In this document: piece after piece, positions 1 through 13,400 of the stretch
Layout of the letters: each line of letters opens with the position of its first letter
Position numbering within the stretch: the first letter of the stretch is position 1
From: Catajapyx aquilonaris
Lineage: Eukaryota
Length of the DNA stretch: 63,475 nucleotides
Assembly (NCBI GenBank): GCA_000934665.2
Contig: KZ538113.1
Span: forward strand, 62,001-125,475
Direction: 5' to 3'
Made by a program: the position numbers and the translations under genes
The notes under the pieces: generated by a model
What the model was told of the DNA's origin: nothing
Seen by the model: only the letters and a program-made list of their open reading frames with translations
Databases searched by the model: none

Positions 1-3000
1 GTGCCTGCTTGCTTTTGAATGAAACCAACAAAGCTACAGACATTAACATGAAGCATGATGCATTAACAATGGAGTCATTGTCAAGTGAAGCCCTCGATGC
101 CAACAAGCTTAGGTTAATGCAGAAAAATAAGGCTCTGCATCGATAATTATAGGTTCATGTTCATTGTTTCACGCCAGGTGTACTAGACAAGATCTGACGT
201 GACATGGTGTGTAAGGGGTCGCAAATGGAGTTCGTGTGTGCTAAATTGTTGATGACCTATTCACGAAGTTTCGCAGGTCTTCGTGATCGCAAAGGCAGAG
301 TAAATACCTCGTTAGAGCACCGGGACTATTATACGCATATCGGTGTCGATCTAAAAGGGCAAGTGAACTAAGGACAATGACAAAAATAAGGCATAGCTTA
401 AGCAGTACACTAGGACATAATTTTGTTATCAAACACTGCTCGGAAAAATTAGTGATGCTCATTCTACTATTTTTCTTGTATGCAGGTATATGTTGGGTGA
501 AGAAAACATATATCTCTAAGTGCAGAGGGAATGATTGGAATTGTGTCGGCAGAAGCAAACACAATAAAATCCTGATCCCCCAAAAAAGCCTTACTCTCAA
601 GCATGGATGGAGCTAAGATGCTGTTCAGTGTTTTTTTGCAAATCGGATTTATAGGGGTCAGTGGACCGTACAAACCCTTTTTGTGAGGTTCAGATTTGTT
701 TCTAGTTCATTGGCGTTACACGTGAATGAACAGTGAGATGTTTTTAAGCCTCGGCATTGCACAATTGTCAACACTAATGTCGCAGAATGACAGTGTGGAT
801 TATCAGTATTCGCTCAATGATCACGTCAGTGCCATGCGTTTGGAAATATTACTGGACACTGCACGAAGGTAATTCAGTTTCTGCGGCAGTGCATTGAGTT
901 CCTATAATTCATATGGTGATATAACCTGCATAGGTACCTACAGTGCGCATAATTTTTTTTCCGATTCGCCAACAGAATGTTTATTTAACTGTCCAGTATA
1001 ATTATGTTGCTGTTTCAAACTATATATACACACTGCCATGATCATAAATCCTGTTTTGAATGTACTGTAGATTCCACAAGGGGCTGTCTTCCAAAACACA
1101 GTTTGGACCAAGTTCATGTGCAGTACATGTCCCTCTAAACCCCTCCCGGCATTCCCCAAACAAAAATTCCCACTACAGTTTTTTTAAAAAATCACATCGA
1201 CACCTCTAAAAGTTCCCAGCTAATTATACATTACACCACATCGTTAACAGTTCAACTGTCTGCACTGTTACATGCGCGTAAAATTCTTCTTCTTCCTAAT
1301 AAACCTAAACCTATTGTTAATGAGTTAAAAATCATATTATAAATATTTGACATTCAATGATCTACGCAATATCGCCAATATCGATTGCTAGTAATCGACT
1401 TGGAATATAGAATTATCTTTAGGACCACCCTGCGTGCCTAGCCAAATTCTCGCGAATAAAGCTCCCCTTGTTCGGGCACCACACTTGGCAAGCGGACTTT
1501 TCGAACTCCTCCGATGCATAAAGTATGAAAGTCAATATTTCCTCTCGGCAAATCCGATGCACGCCTCCTCTCATACCTCAGCTCAGCAGTGTTAGAACTC
1601 GACCAGGCGGAAGCCCCCCTTTTCACTGGAGGGTCGCATTGTTATGAGAATCGCCCACCTCGGCCTCTCAACAAACGAAGCCAGAAATACCGCGGGTTCC
1701 TACCCCGCAACGCACAGAGCGTTGTAATTCCACACTTTCATCAATAGTTTCGAAAAGCAGAACAGACTGCCATCGACCCAACCCTCCCAATTTTCCAGGC
1801 GAATATCAAGCCCGATTACCTGGGAGGCCTATCCCAACCCGAGCGTGTAGATTCTACAGGGTGATCCGTATGAGAGAACAACACTGTATCTTGCAAGAGC
1901 GAAATAAACAGTGTTTCTTCCTGGTTGAACCACCCTGTATAAACATCTCGAGGGGGCGCAATATGCACATAAGCAGATGGAAGTGACAAGCACGGTAAAT
2001 AAAGCCAGCTTCCAGCAAGTGCGCCTTTTGCTATTAATCAGCAAGCTTGTTGTTAATAAAGCTAATCACCTGCTCTAAGTAAGATGCATCCCCAGCAATG
2101 AGCTAGAGGCGACGAAGAAGAAAGATGGCCTTGAGCAAGTGAGTTATCCTGAACAGCCCGCAACTTTCAAGCCTCTTCTGTCACACACGTCGCATGTATC
2201 GTAGGGGAAATGTGCTTTTTCTAAAAAGTGTATTGCATTTGCTTTTACGAATTGCACGGTTTTAATGGCAAGCGAGTGACTTCCGGGGAATATGGTTACA
2301 TAAACTACCTGGCAATGGCCACGTTTTGTCGTGCAATTACAGCGTAAGGTCGTGATTCGCGTCTGTGTTGCAAGCAAACCTTCCATAAAGGATGATTTAT
2401 TCTTGCTGGCAGTTATAAGAGCGGAAATATCAACGTCAGTCATGTTTTAAACTCCGGCTTTTCCGATACCAAGGAGCATAAATCATCAGGTGCCTTAATA
2501 AGCTACAGTGCAAATAACTCACAATCAAAACACGTCCATTGCCATGCAACTATTCGTGTAGTAAACTGGTTTCTCAACCTTTCACGGAGTGCGCTTTTTT
2601 TCCCCCGTAGTTCCTTTCGACAGTTAAAAAAACGAACATGATTATGTGGAGATTATATTGAAAACTTCCTCTGGAGGAATATTAAGCGGACGCGGTTGCA
2701 GGCATCGAGAGCTGATTTAGTCAAGTAACAGGATTTAACATGCTTAATGACTTTTAAGTAATTGCACCTGGTTAACACGCAAAACACTAACTTGGCCTCA
2801 ATCTTAGGCACTGCCTCTAATTTTGCTAGTGCGCTAAATGTCAAACCGTCTCTGGGTGTCACTTAAAAAGGGTTTCATCCCGCCTCTCTAAATCTCGAAA
2901 TGAAACTGCCTCTCACTGCCAACGCGATTATTAACTTTTGATTGCGGCGAAAAAGAGACGAATCTGCTGCCAGGCGTCACTCTAGGCCCCCCCCAATCCA

Positions 3001-6000
3001 ACTTACTGTGCTGGAAGGAGGGGCTTGCTTGCTCGCTTGCAGCAGAGTTTGGAGTGCACTTGGTTCATCCTGCTGGGAATTATTTACACACCTCGCTGGC
3101 CTCCATTTGCGCCCGTGGAGATTTCTGCAGAGTCAACGGAGAAAGTTTCGCCCCGCTGGGTCGCTACCAACTTTTTTTCCCCCCCCATCCCGTCTTTCTC
3201 TCGCCATGTTCTGTTCAATAGGCGAGAATCAAACATGCTTCTGCTCACAAGTTGGAATACCGACACCAACTTTTGATGTCAGCGAGCCAGCCAATCGGTG
3301 GCCACCTGCGCGCGCTGATTGTGTATTCAGCCAATCTTCAGCAACTTGCGCGCGCAATGTGCCGTAACTTTCTAGGCGCAGAGATAAGCCAGTTTGGACA
3401 AAAATCATAAATGTGCAATTTAAAATATTATCTCGTTATATCATTGTACGGTACATGACATTGCATAGATTACATACTTGTACAATGGATTCTCCTATAA
3501 TCTCAGTGCCATTCATCTCAATTCAGGCCGTTAGAAACCTTTAATTCGATTGCATATTATGAAATAATGTTTGATTGGCTATTTAAAGTAACTCTAAAGC
3601 AGCTTAGCTTCAATATACTTAAATACCTGTACGCCTTCTGTGTTATTAATTACCTTGGCTCTTACCAAAATTGGGGTATTGATACTTTATAATCACATTT
3701 TGGTTTGCAACGCTGCAGAATCAGGTTAAAACCATAATCTCGCAGATAATTACACCTTAATTTAGGCGCTTGCATCTAAGCAGATTAATCCACCAAAGAA
3801 GCCTGAATTATCCCCCGAGTTAATCTCTTACGGCGGTTTCTTGATCATTGTCTGCCCCAATTATAAAATCCAGGTCAATCGGATGACGGTGAGTCTCTCT
3901 CCAAATGTAATGAAGTTACAGTCCCCGTTGTCTGGTGTGTGTAATAGGACTTCACCTTTCACTCACTCGACCTCAGGGAACATCAGGTCTAATCACGCGT
4001 ACCTCTACACCTGGCCAGGGAATAATAAAGAATTCACTCAACCGGGGCCATACTTGCAACCGAGAGGTCTGGCAATCACAATAATTACTACACGCAGACC
4101 TAGTTAATTGCGATTCGCCTCTGGGGACCAGGCCTTTCGACTCGAAACCAGTATTTCACCTCAAGGCACTCTTAATATCGTTCAAAATGAGTTATATCCA
4201 CTGAGGTCCACAAACAACTCTGTGTACTCTCCCAAAGATTGATCGACTTCTCCTAATTACCCTTAATCCGGATTTTATAACGCCACGAGTGGAAGAGGGA
4301 AAAAACTGAGCTGTAATCAAAACTCTGTCAAATTTGAGAAATACATTGTGTAACTTTCTCAATTATTCTGAGTCGTTTTCCGCTCAAATTAGGGGCCTCG
4401 AATTCTTTTAACCTTGTAAGTACAGCATGAGTAAATATTTTCACCCGACTATCAATTTTAATAAAATAATTCAAAGTCACAATAGTATACATCAGGGTAA
4501 CATTAACATGTTAATTCCTCAGAATTATACACAGCATACCTAGTGATTGCCATGCACTTTAACAATACCTCGACGGAGAAGAAGGAAACAAAGGGGTTGT
4601 TTCAATTAAAAGAATGAAACACACCTGCCTGTGAGTATAGTAATTCGGATCATTGTTGGTCCTCAGATTGTAAAGGACACGTATTCGGGTTCGACCCAAA
4701 CGTAACTAGTTTAATTAAAGACTGGTTTTTCTAATTTCCCTCCCATTTTTTTCGGCAGCCCCACTACTGCCTTTGTAGGGTTGTTCATGTGTGACATCAT
4801 CACTAAATGAGAGGCGGGCTGAGGGCGGGTGTTTTGTGGATCTACTAATTGCCGTGATTAATAGTTTGCTGCAAAAAAAAAGAGAAGAGTATGCGGTCAT
4901 GTTACGATGAGATTAATTACCGTAATGGATTGGGGGGGAAAAAAAATAAAACTGGGCCCATCATGAAGCGCTTAATGACGGAGCTTATCCAACACCCCGA
5001 AACCTTCAACACTTCTGATACCAATTTTCTATCCCAGGCTTAAAAGAGGATTTCCCCCCGCAATCCTAGCCACTGCCTGAATCACATTTCACGCTATGTA
5101 CCAGAAAACCCGTCATTTTTTTGCAGTAAGTGAGAAAAGTCCCCTAAGATTTGCACGTGGGACGCGTTAATGAACTGCGAAGTTTAATTGACTCTACCTC
5201 CATAATTACATCGGTTTCGCTCGTTACTTCCTGAACCTCCTGCCGGATTTTTAAAAGGATGTTCTGTCACACCCAGTGGCAGAAAAAAAGGAGGCCTGCT
5301 GGTTCAGCCAGTTACCTCACCTCCACTTCACATTCGAGGAGCCCTCCACATTTTGCTGACGGCAGACCTTCGGCCTCGCAAAAATGAGGAGTCTCAGGAG
5401 GACCCTGCCCATGCCATAAATTGCAGCTTCAAGTGGGAACCCGTCCCAAATATTATGGGAAAAGACATTTTCATAATTTCCTCTTACATAAGCCGTCTGC
5501 AAGCGACTATTTGCATACCTTTGTCATGCAATTCGCAAAATTGCATTATGCCGGACTCCAACCGCCAGCTTTTTTTTTTGTGCATCCTTCGGCAAAATTC
5601 TCCCTACAATAAATTGCATTTAAGAGTGTACTGGGCATATAATCGAATTGCAGTTTATTAAATCTACTCAGGCGTGTTTAGCAGTATACAAGAGAGAGAC
5701 ACATACACATACATGCACACACACAAACTCGCATATCAATATTAGAATAGTTGGAACGCGGGCGCAGCGGCCTCCCCAACCAATATCTTAAATTATGCAT
5801 GAAATTTCCATTATTAGGTAGTCTGGGTTCCGCATCTGACTAGCGTATAAAGGCCACAGGTCATTCCTGCAGATTATCGGACTGCTATACATCTACTACG
5901 CACAGGAATTATGCATTATTTCTAGGGGGTCACTGCGGAGAAATTAATTGGCATCCGTGGCACATCTAGCCCTTGGAACATCGATTGAAAATATTAAGTA

Positions 6001-7401
6001 ATCGCTTAATTATTTGTTCACTCAATTTACACTATGAACCGTAAAACTGCTTTGAACTCATTCAGGTTTAAAATGTTCATGCTGTTCCCCACTTGAAAGT
6101 CGAAACTGTAGAGGCCCTTGAGGTTGCTAGTCTTTAAAACTTAATTAGTTATGAACGAGTAAGTGCGCACTGCAGTTATGTTACTATTCATGAACCTGAC
6201 AAGAGTTACAAATCTCGTAAAAATTAATAAGTAACAAGTAGACTAGTAAAAATCGCCTGTAAAAATGCACCAGTGTCTATAAATACGTAGAACTGTGAAA
6301 ATATAAAATGATCTGAAAATAACCGCATAAAAACTTTTGTGGGTTATACCACCCTCCTCCTCTAAAGTCATAACTTTTCTAAACTTTTCTTATTGGTTAT
6401 TGTCTATAAAAGTCACTTTAGAAAGCCGTTATATCTGGCCGAAAGTCAATAACAAATATTGTTTCCACCCTCTTCCGAACACCTCAACGTCAATATGTAC
6501 CTTTTTTTGCTCGAACAAACACTAAATACGGCTTAGAGAACAACATCACTCTGGCTGCCACATTATCAGATAAATTGATTATTAATTTCCATGCAGCATT
6601 GTTCTGCAAATGTAAATGGCGAATCTGCACTTAACATCTTTGCAATCATATGTGGAACTGGCTTCAGTCTGTGCCTCTGTTTGTCTGGGTGCATGATCAC
6701 TCCTTAGCTAGGTGCATGTAGTACCTCTACCCCTCGCACGACCCTGATAGTGGCAGCAGTGTGCAGAGAGGGAGGTTGCGCCATCTATTGAGGGATAATG
6801 TACTACGTGGCAGTTTCGCCCCTTTTTGGAAAGAGGTTCACACTCATGAAGACTATTCAACGTAAATATGGTTAATTTCGTGGTAAACTTATCAGGGAGC
6901 CTAAACCTCTAAGGATGTACGAACCTTTTGCACCATCCTGTATTTCAAACTTTCTTTCTTGGAAGAGAGCTTGAAACAACAGCCTTAAAAAATCTCGGGG
7001 CTGCCTTCTTTCTTTTCTTGCTCAAGTCAGTTCTCCGAAACCACAGCCGTCAGTTATGTCTACAATGGACACCATCCCTCTGGACATCTCCACCGCAGCA
7101 AAGCCATCCAGGTCTCCCAACCTCCCCACCAGAGATGGAGCTTTCACGACTAAACGATCGACCCTTCTCGAATGCACCGTTTCCCCTTTTGCAGTCAACT
7201 CTCCCGAAGATAAGCGCAGGCTCTCAGTTCCTTGGATTAAGCCATCTGCATTAGTAGACAGTCAGACCCACAGGAAAAAGAGGAGGCCACTCGGATGTTC
7301 CGAGACTAAAGTTTTTTTTCCGTTGCTAAAGCACCACAGCCGCACTTTAAAACCGCCATCATGTCTCCCCCTATACACTTGGAGCTCCGAGAAAAACAAA
7401 A

Positions 7402-7425
<24 letters not shown>
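7402..7425. repeat. (GA)n microsatellite; similar tracts near 19580, 30891, 32895, 40858, 44845, 46308
   Basis: Direct reading of the sequence. Confidence 0.95.
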
Positions 7426-7432
<7 letters not shown>

Positions 7433-10400
7433 TGATGAATTTTGAGCTTTGTTGTTGCAACACTCTCGCGCAGTTTTCCGCATTAGGCAGAGTCAGTTTC
7501 GCAAAAACCGGGAGCTGAGGCTCATCACACGAACAGCGCGAATGGAGTTTGCAACCGGCTAGAAGTGGATGAGAGCAAACGCAAAATTTCCGCTGGGATC
7601 ACGACTAACCCTCCCAGAAAATTCGCACAACTTAAAGCTCCAAATGCTCCAAACTAAATCACCTGAGTGAATTTTAAACTCAACTAGTGCTATTTTCGGA
7701 ACCAAATATGTTCATGTCATATTAGACGAGAAATTCATGTGACTTATGTGCACTAATTGAAGACTCACACATGGGCTATAGATGGGTTATATAGAGAAGA
7801 ACAGTTTCGAATTTATGGAAATACTTTAGTGATCGTGATAATTTTTTTTTGGTGGATCTGTAAAGGAATTATATGAATAACCAAGTGGGTTTACACAAAA
7901 GGGTTAATTTCCCCATAAAATTCGATTTTTAACAATTAAAAATCCCAACTTCAAGTTGAGCAGTAAAACCTTCAAAATAGTGCACAAGGGTGTATGTTAC
8001 AATACAGCTGATGTTACGAGCCATGCAACCCTCCATTATCCGATAAAATAATAATGGGCCACAATACATATACACCGTACTTTGCCTGGGGGGTGTAATA
8101 GTAAAGTCCATTAACGGAGTATCTTATCGCATTTTTTTATTTTGTACTGGCCATACTTATAAAACCGGACTCATTTTTGTTCGGCGCGATATCAATTTTT
8201 ACTTCCATGGGACTCGGGGCATTCTCCGGAATTTCTTGTTCCTGAGAGATAATGGCCGAAGAGGATAGGAGGAGAGTGGTGGTAGAGGCGGAATCGATTT
8301 TTCAATCGAGAAACTCTCAGAACACGTCTGCATGATGCGGCCATTATCAACCTCCTGGTCTGCTTCCGGATACTTGTCCTTCCTTCCCAGGGACGACGGT
8401 GTAAAAATTTTCCAGCTTGCACCAGATTTTTTAAAGGAAGATTCCTGCCGAGAACTGACTGGTTCACACAAAAATATCAAGAGAAACGAACTATAAACAG
8501 TTATAAATAAATCTAAACGTCACAATACTGTTCACGATTCTGGACCTTACTATCGTTAAAAATTACAGTATAATATTACTTAATTGGAGGTATATAAAGC
8601 CCTTCCCAATGAAGAATATTAGTTGCTCTCTCCTTTCCCCGCAAAAACCAATAAGGCTGTCAATTACCCTCTGCCTTAGAGCTCCATTTACTTGATATAA
8701 CTACCATGTCAAGTACCATTGGTCCCTGATGGCAGTGGCAGGAGAAGAATCCAATGACCATTGATTGACCTTACGCTGCCCTTAAGCTAGGCCTTAATTT
8801 AATTGAAGCTTGGTCCAGTATAAAACCAGTGCAATAGGACATCAAACGCGATGAATGGGTTACTCAAAAAAGTCATTAATATAAAAGTGCGTGTGCTGGC
8901 TAATAAAACATCGGCTAGAAAGAAGAGGTTCAGCAGGCAAGGGTTCAGGTCGCATCGGATCATAATCCGGAAAACTGCGTTTTAATACGGTCGTTTAAAT
9001 GCACTTCGAACACAAACTGAGTGATCTTGAAAGAAGCAAAGTTCCACTAATGACATGGTCGTAAGTATGAAGATTACATGGGGAAAATGTATGTTCAGAG
9101 CTGTATGTGAATATTAATCGCGTCACTTTCCCCCGTAAATTCGTATAACACTGTCTGTATATACTGTACAGTGTGTTTACTAGAGTAACTTTTCTACACT
9201 GTCGCCTATCGGTTTTGAAACAACAACATAACATCCGGTGCAGTATCGTTCGAACATCATGTTTTTACTAGGGCAGTAAATATTCATCACGTTTCATGGA
9301 CTCTTGATTTACTGATGCATTTACCCCTGCTGATTCGGCCATGAAAAATGCACACCAAAATTTTTGTGGAAAAAAACAACGTATGTCACTCACACATGGC
9401 GCACATCATCCATTTGTCGATGCATACAGTAAGGTGAACTGTTATCAATCTGATAAATTCTGACACGCCGTGTTTTTGCGGTTCAGGTACAGCCTATTTA
9501 AAATTAGGTAAAGCTTTAAGTTCAGTGGAGTTATTTTATCAGGTGAAGGTGGAGTAAATATTAGAGGCTTTTTACTGGACACCTTATACAAGTACAGATT
9601 CCGCGTACGTATTTTAGGAGTGTAATTACAAACACAAAAATTCGCTAATACGCTAATACGCATTTTAGCTCAAGCACACCCAGAGGACAGCATTGATTGA
9701 ATTAATGATGGTTGTCATTCACAACATATTTATTGCGCTATCTTTTATTCCCCTATGAATATTATAAACGCAATATGATGTTTTTAAAATGCACAGTGAT
9801 GCCTATATTGACACTAAATAGTCTATTTAGTGCACTGACAGTGAGTTAGAGTAACGAGCAATAGAAATATCTCACAATAAAAGTATTAGACTGAACGGAA
9901 GCATCGTTGTTGGCTGACGCGTCAGATGATAAAATTGGAACGTATGACCTAATTCTCCAGTTGCATCATTTATATCCGAGGTCACTGCTAGAGCTAATAT
10001 TATACGTGATATTTCGTTGCCCCTGCAAGTAACAGATCGATGTGGTACCTGCTTACTCAAAAGCAGTGCCAAATATTTCTAGAGCTTCAATTCAAATGTC
10101 AGGCCAGGTAATTAAACTTTAGTATGTACAGCTTTAATTAGTTTCATGGCTTACACAGCAGAAGTCAGTGTTATAATACAATAGAATGTAATTGTAGTAT
10201 TCAACCCTCGTCTCGTCCACGTCTCGAACGCGTCTGGCCCTCCATTGCAAAAGCAAAGCTCAGAATATAGCAATTCTCCTAAAATTTCTCCACTAACTTT
10301 TCCCCTTGCCATTTCCCCCCTCTATAACATTAATTATCCGGCATTAATCATAACCTCGCCTCGGAAAAAGCATTGTCCAGAACACCAGCCTTTGCACCAT

Positions 10401-13400
10401 TTTCTCTCTCAGAGTTTAATGAACTCTCCCCGAGCCCCTCAGAGCTCTGGAAAACTTTTTTGAAGTATAGACGATGCCCTCCTGTCACATTAAAGTGGCA
10501 TGGAGGCAATTTAGGCAGTCGCAGGCAAACGGTTTCCAATATGATTAACACCGGTCTCCCGTCGGTCCCTTTTGGAGGCCAAAGGACCCGAAATTGCTCG
10601 CAGGTGTCGCGTTGCACCAATAATTCTGTATTAGCCCCACTCTACCTAGACACCCACAATTTCTTTTCGTGCACAGACGCCCTTCCCTTGAAGCAACTAC
10701 CTCATTTGAATCTTGACGACACCCATGCAGCAGACAAACAGCAGCATCGACCAGGCCCAACATTTTTTTTTGCTGAAACTTTCTCCCCTCAAGGTTTGAC
10801 ATCACAACTTTTAGGAGTCGAATGACGGTAGTTTTTCGCATCTTTTCCAAGTCGGAAAAAATCGAATACGAGTTCCCATGTGCTAGCCTCCCTCCAAAAA
10901 GTCTAAGGGCAGCCAGGTCTCGGTTCGATACAGCTTGATTGGACTGAGCCGCGATGCAATTTTCCAATCTCTTGCTCTGTAATGCCGAGGGTGTCTCTCA
11001 GAAAAACGTTAACATATAGCCGTATCTCCCCCTGAGGAGTAATCGATTCGGAAGAAGAGGTCCAAAAAGTTCTGAGAGACGCTATCTCCCTGGCCAGTTA
11101 CATCCCCATAAGGCCTAGCGGACAAGTCTAAAGCCCCCTCACTTTGTTTTCCAGACCAGAACTTCCATGTGGCCTTACTCGGGGTATGGAGTATGCTAAG
11201 GAGATCCGCCATTTTGAATCCATAATATCCTCTGCGCCGGTTGCAGTGAATGAGCGCACACAAGCCCCCCTCAATTCAAGAGATGTTCTGCAATATTTCT
11301 CTCAGAAAGAAACAGGGCAGAAGCGCCACATCATGATGTGAATTAATTAATTTTTAAACACCTTTATACCCATTTCATGCCCATTCTTATGGGAACGGTT
11401 GGGTTGCCAAGCAACCAGCCACAGCTCGAAAGAACCTGGTTCATAAAAACGCAACGGTTCAGCGCGCACTGTAATGTCAACTGGGTATACTAAATGGCAG
11501 GTCCGAAGACAGATTATACCAGCAAACGAGACAGAGCTTTCATGTTACATGTGAGAAGAGACGTGCTTCGCTATGTAAGCCCTCTGTGTCTCTAATGATG
11601 TCGGTTTTCTTTGAATGGATCGGACATGTATACAACACACAGATGATTTAAATCCACAACAACCGCCGGATGCATGCTGAAGATGGCCAATAAAAATAAA
11701 TTGCAGGCTTCAGGCATTCATCCGCCAACAGCACAGTCGGCGATTATTCCAAGACTTACTAAACAAAATGCTCATTAATATTTGAACATCATATTTTTAT
11801 TATCTTGCAAAATAGTCCATTCTATATATATTTTTGTGAAATATGGACGAAATTGGATTTACTGGTACACATTCCAGATTGGGCTCAGCCAAATTTCGGA
11901 TGCATTAACAAGCCCCAACAGCCCCGGGCCAGAAAAGCCACCGGATATCACACGCTGAACGACACTAAACCGCTCTTTCGACCGACAATGCTGACAACAT
12001 CCAACTACCTTAAGCCGCATGCTACAAAGTGAAAAATCAATATGTCAGCCACATTTTTACAAATGGCATATGCTTGCAAATTGTCCGCAATATTTTTTCG
12101 CAATATACAGCAACTCCTTCCTTCCCTACCCCATTCATCCTGTACAAACAATACAGTTTTCGCGATCAATTTTTAAGTACACACTTTTTTCTATTAGTAA
12201 TTCAAAGCAGGACGGTGACCTCTCCCAAAACAAATGCTTGGTACTCGCAAATATTTTTTGCACAGTAACGTTGGCATAAACCAGTGGTAGGGGCTGATAA
12301 CTGCTTTGTCTGCTTTCTGATCAAGGCAACCTCGTGAAAGGAAGCCCGCCACAGATTCCAATAGACCCCCAGCAAGTTTCACCGTTACAGAAACAAAAGC
12401 CTCGTAATGACAGTATAAAGTTCCTGGAGGGCCAAATAGAAGGGTTGGTAGGGCGATGGGCCGCGAAAAAGGTTGCTTTTATAACCCTTACATCCTTCAC
12501 CACAGAAAGAAGAAAAAAAAAAATAGCGACTCGAGAAAGGTACTCAAAAATAGGCAGAAAGTTACGGAGGGCTCATAGGAAGTGCTAGGAAAGTTAGTTA
12601 AAAAATAGAATAACTGCTGATGTTGAGTACAGTGCTGTGTGGAGATAAAAGTTTCCAAACTAGTGCATAACAAAGCAAAAAATAATTTAAGACCTGCCAG
12701 CAACTCCAAGTGGTCTCATAAAGTTCTGATAATTTTTTATCTCTGCATATACATATTGCTGCTCTGTATTTGCAACAGATCAAATAAACATAGTGGCTCG
12801 AGTTCATTTATTTGTACTGTACGTGTATAAATGCAAAATGCAGGCTAAACCACACAATGAATATTACTTAGGCTGCTTACAATAACATGCCAACACTTAT
12901 TAAGGTTTACAACCAATAAAGTTTTCTTTATTTTTCCCTTATCCATGCAATTCTGCATCGTTTAATTTTGCAATAGCTAAACGTAGCTTTTGGGTTTAAT
13001 TTATATGTACTGCATTACTGCAGGCGAGATTAGGCTACACCACAAGGGTAGTCATATTACGTATTTAAGTTGATCATAAATTATGGCCACATAGTCTACT
13101 AGTGTGGGCTAGACCAAAATATCGGGAAGTTCATTCCCAAGAAAAAAAATGATATGCTTTTAAAAAGTTACTGCATGAATTATGGAGCTTTAAAATGACT
13201 AAGTGCCTCAGAAGCACCATCATGTGCTGATTAGAGCACCTTCTGGTTCGTACTCCCTAATGGAGAGACATTTATTCGAAGAACAAAAAACCAAACTTGC
13301 AGATCTCAGCAGAGTAATTTTTTAAATGTCTCTCACTCTTTCTCTTCATTACTGGCTGAGCAAGCAATTTCGAAAATTAAAGCTTCCTGGCATCAAAAAA

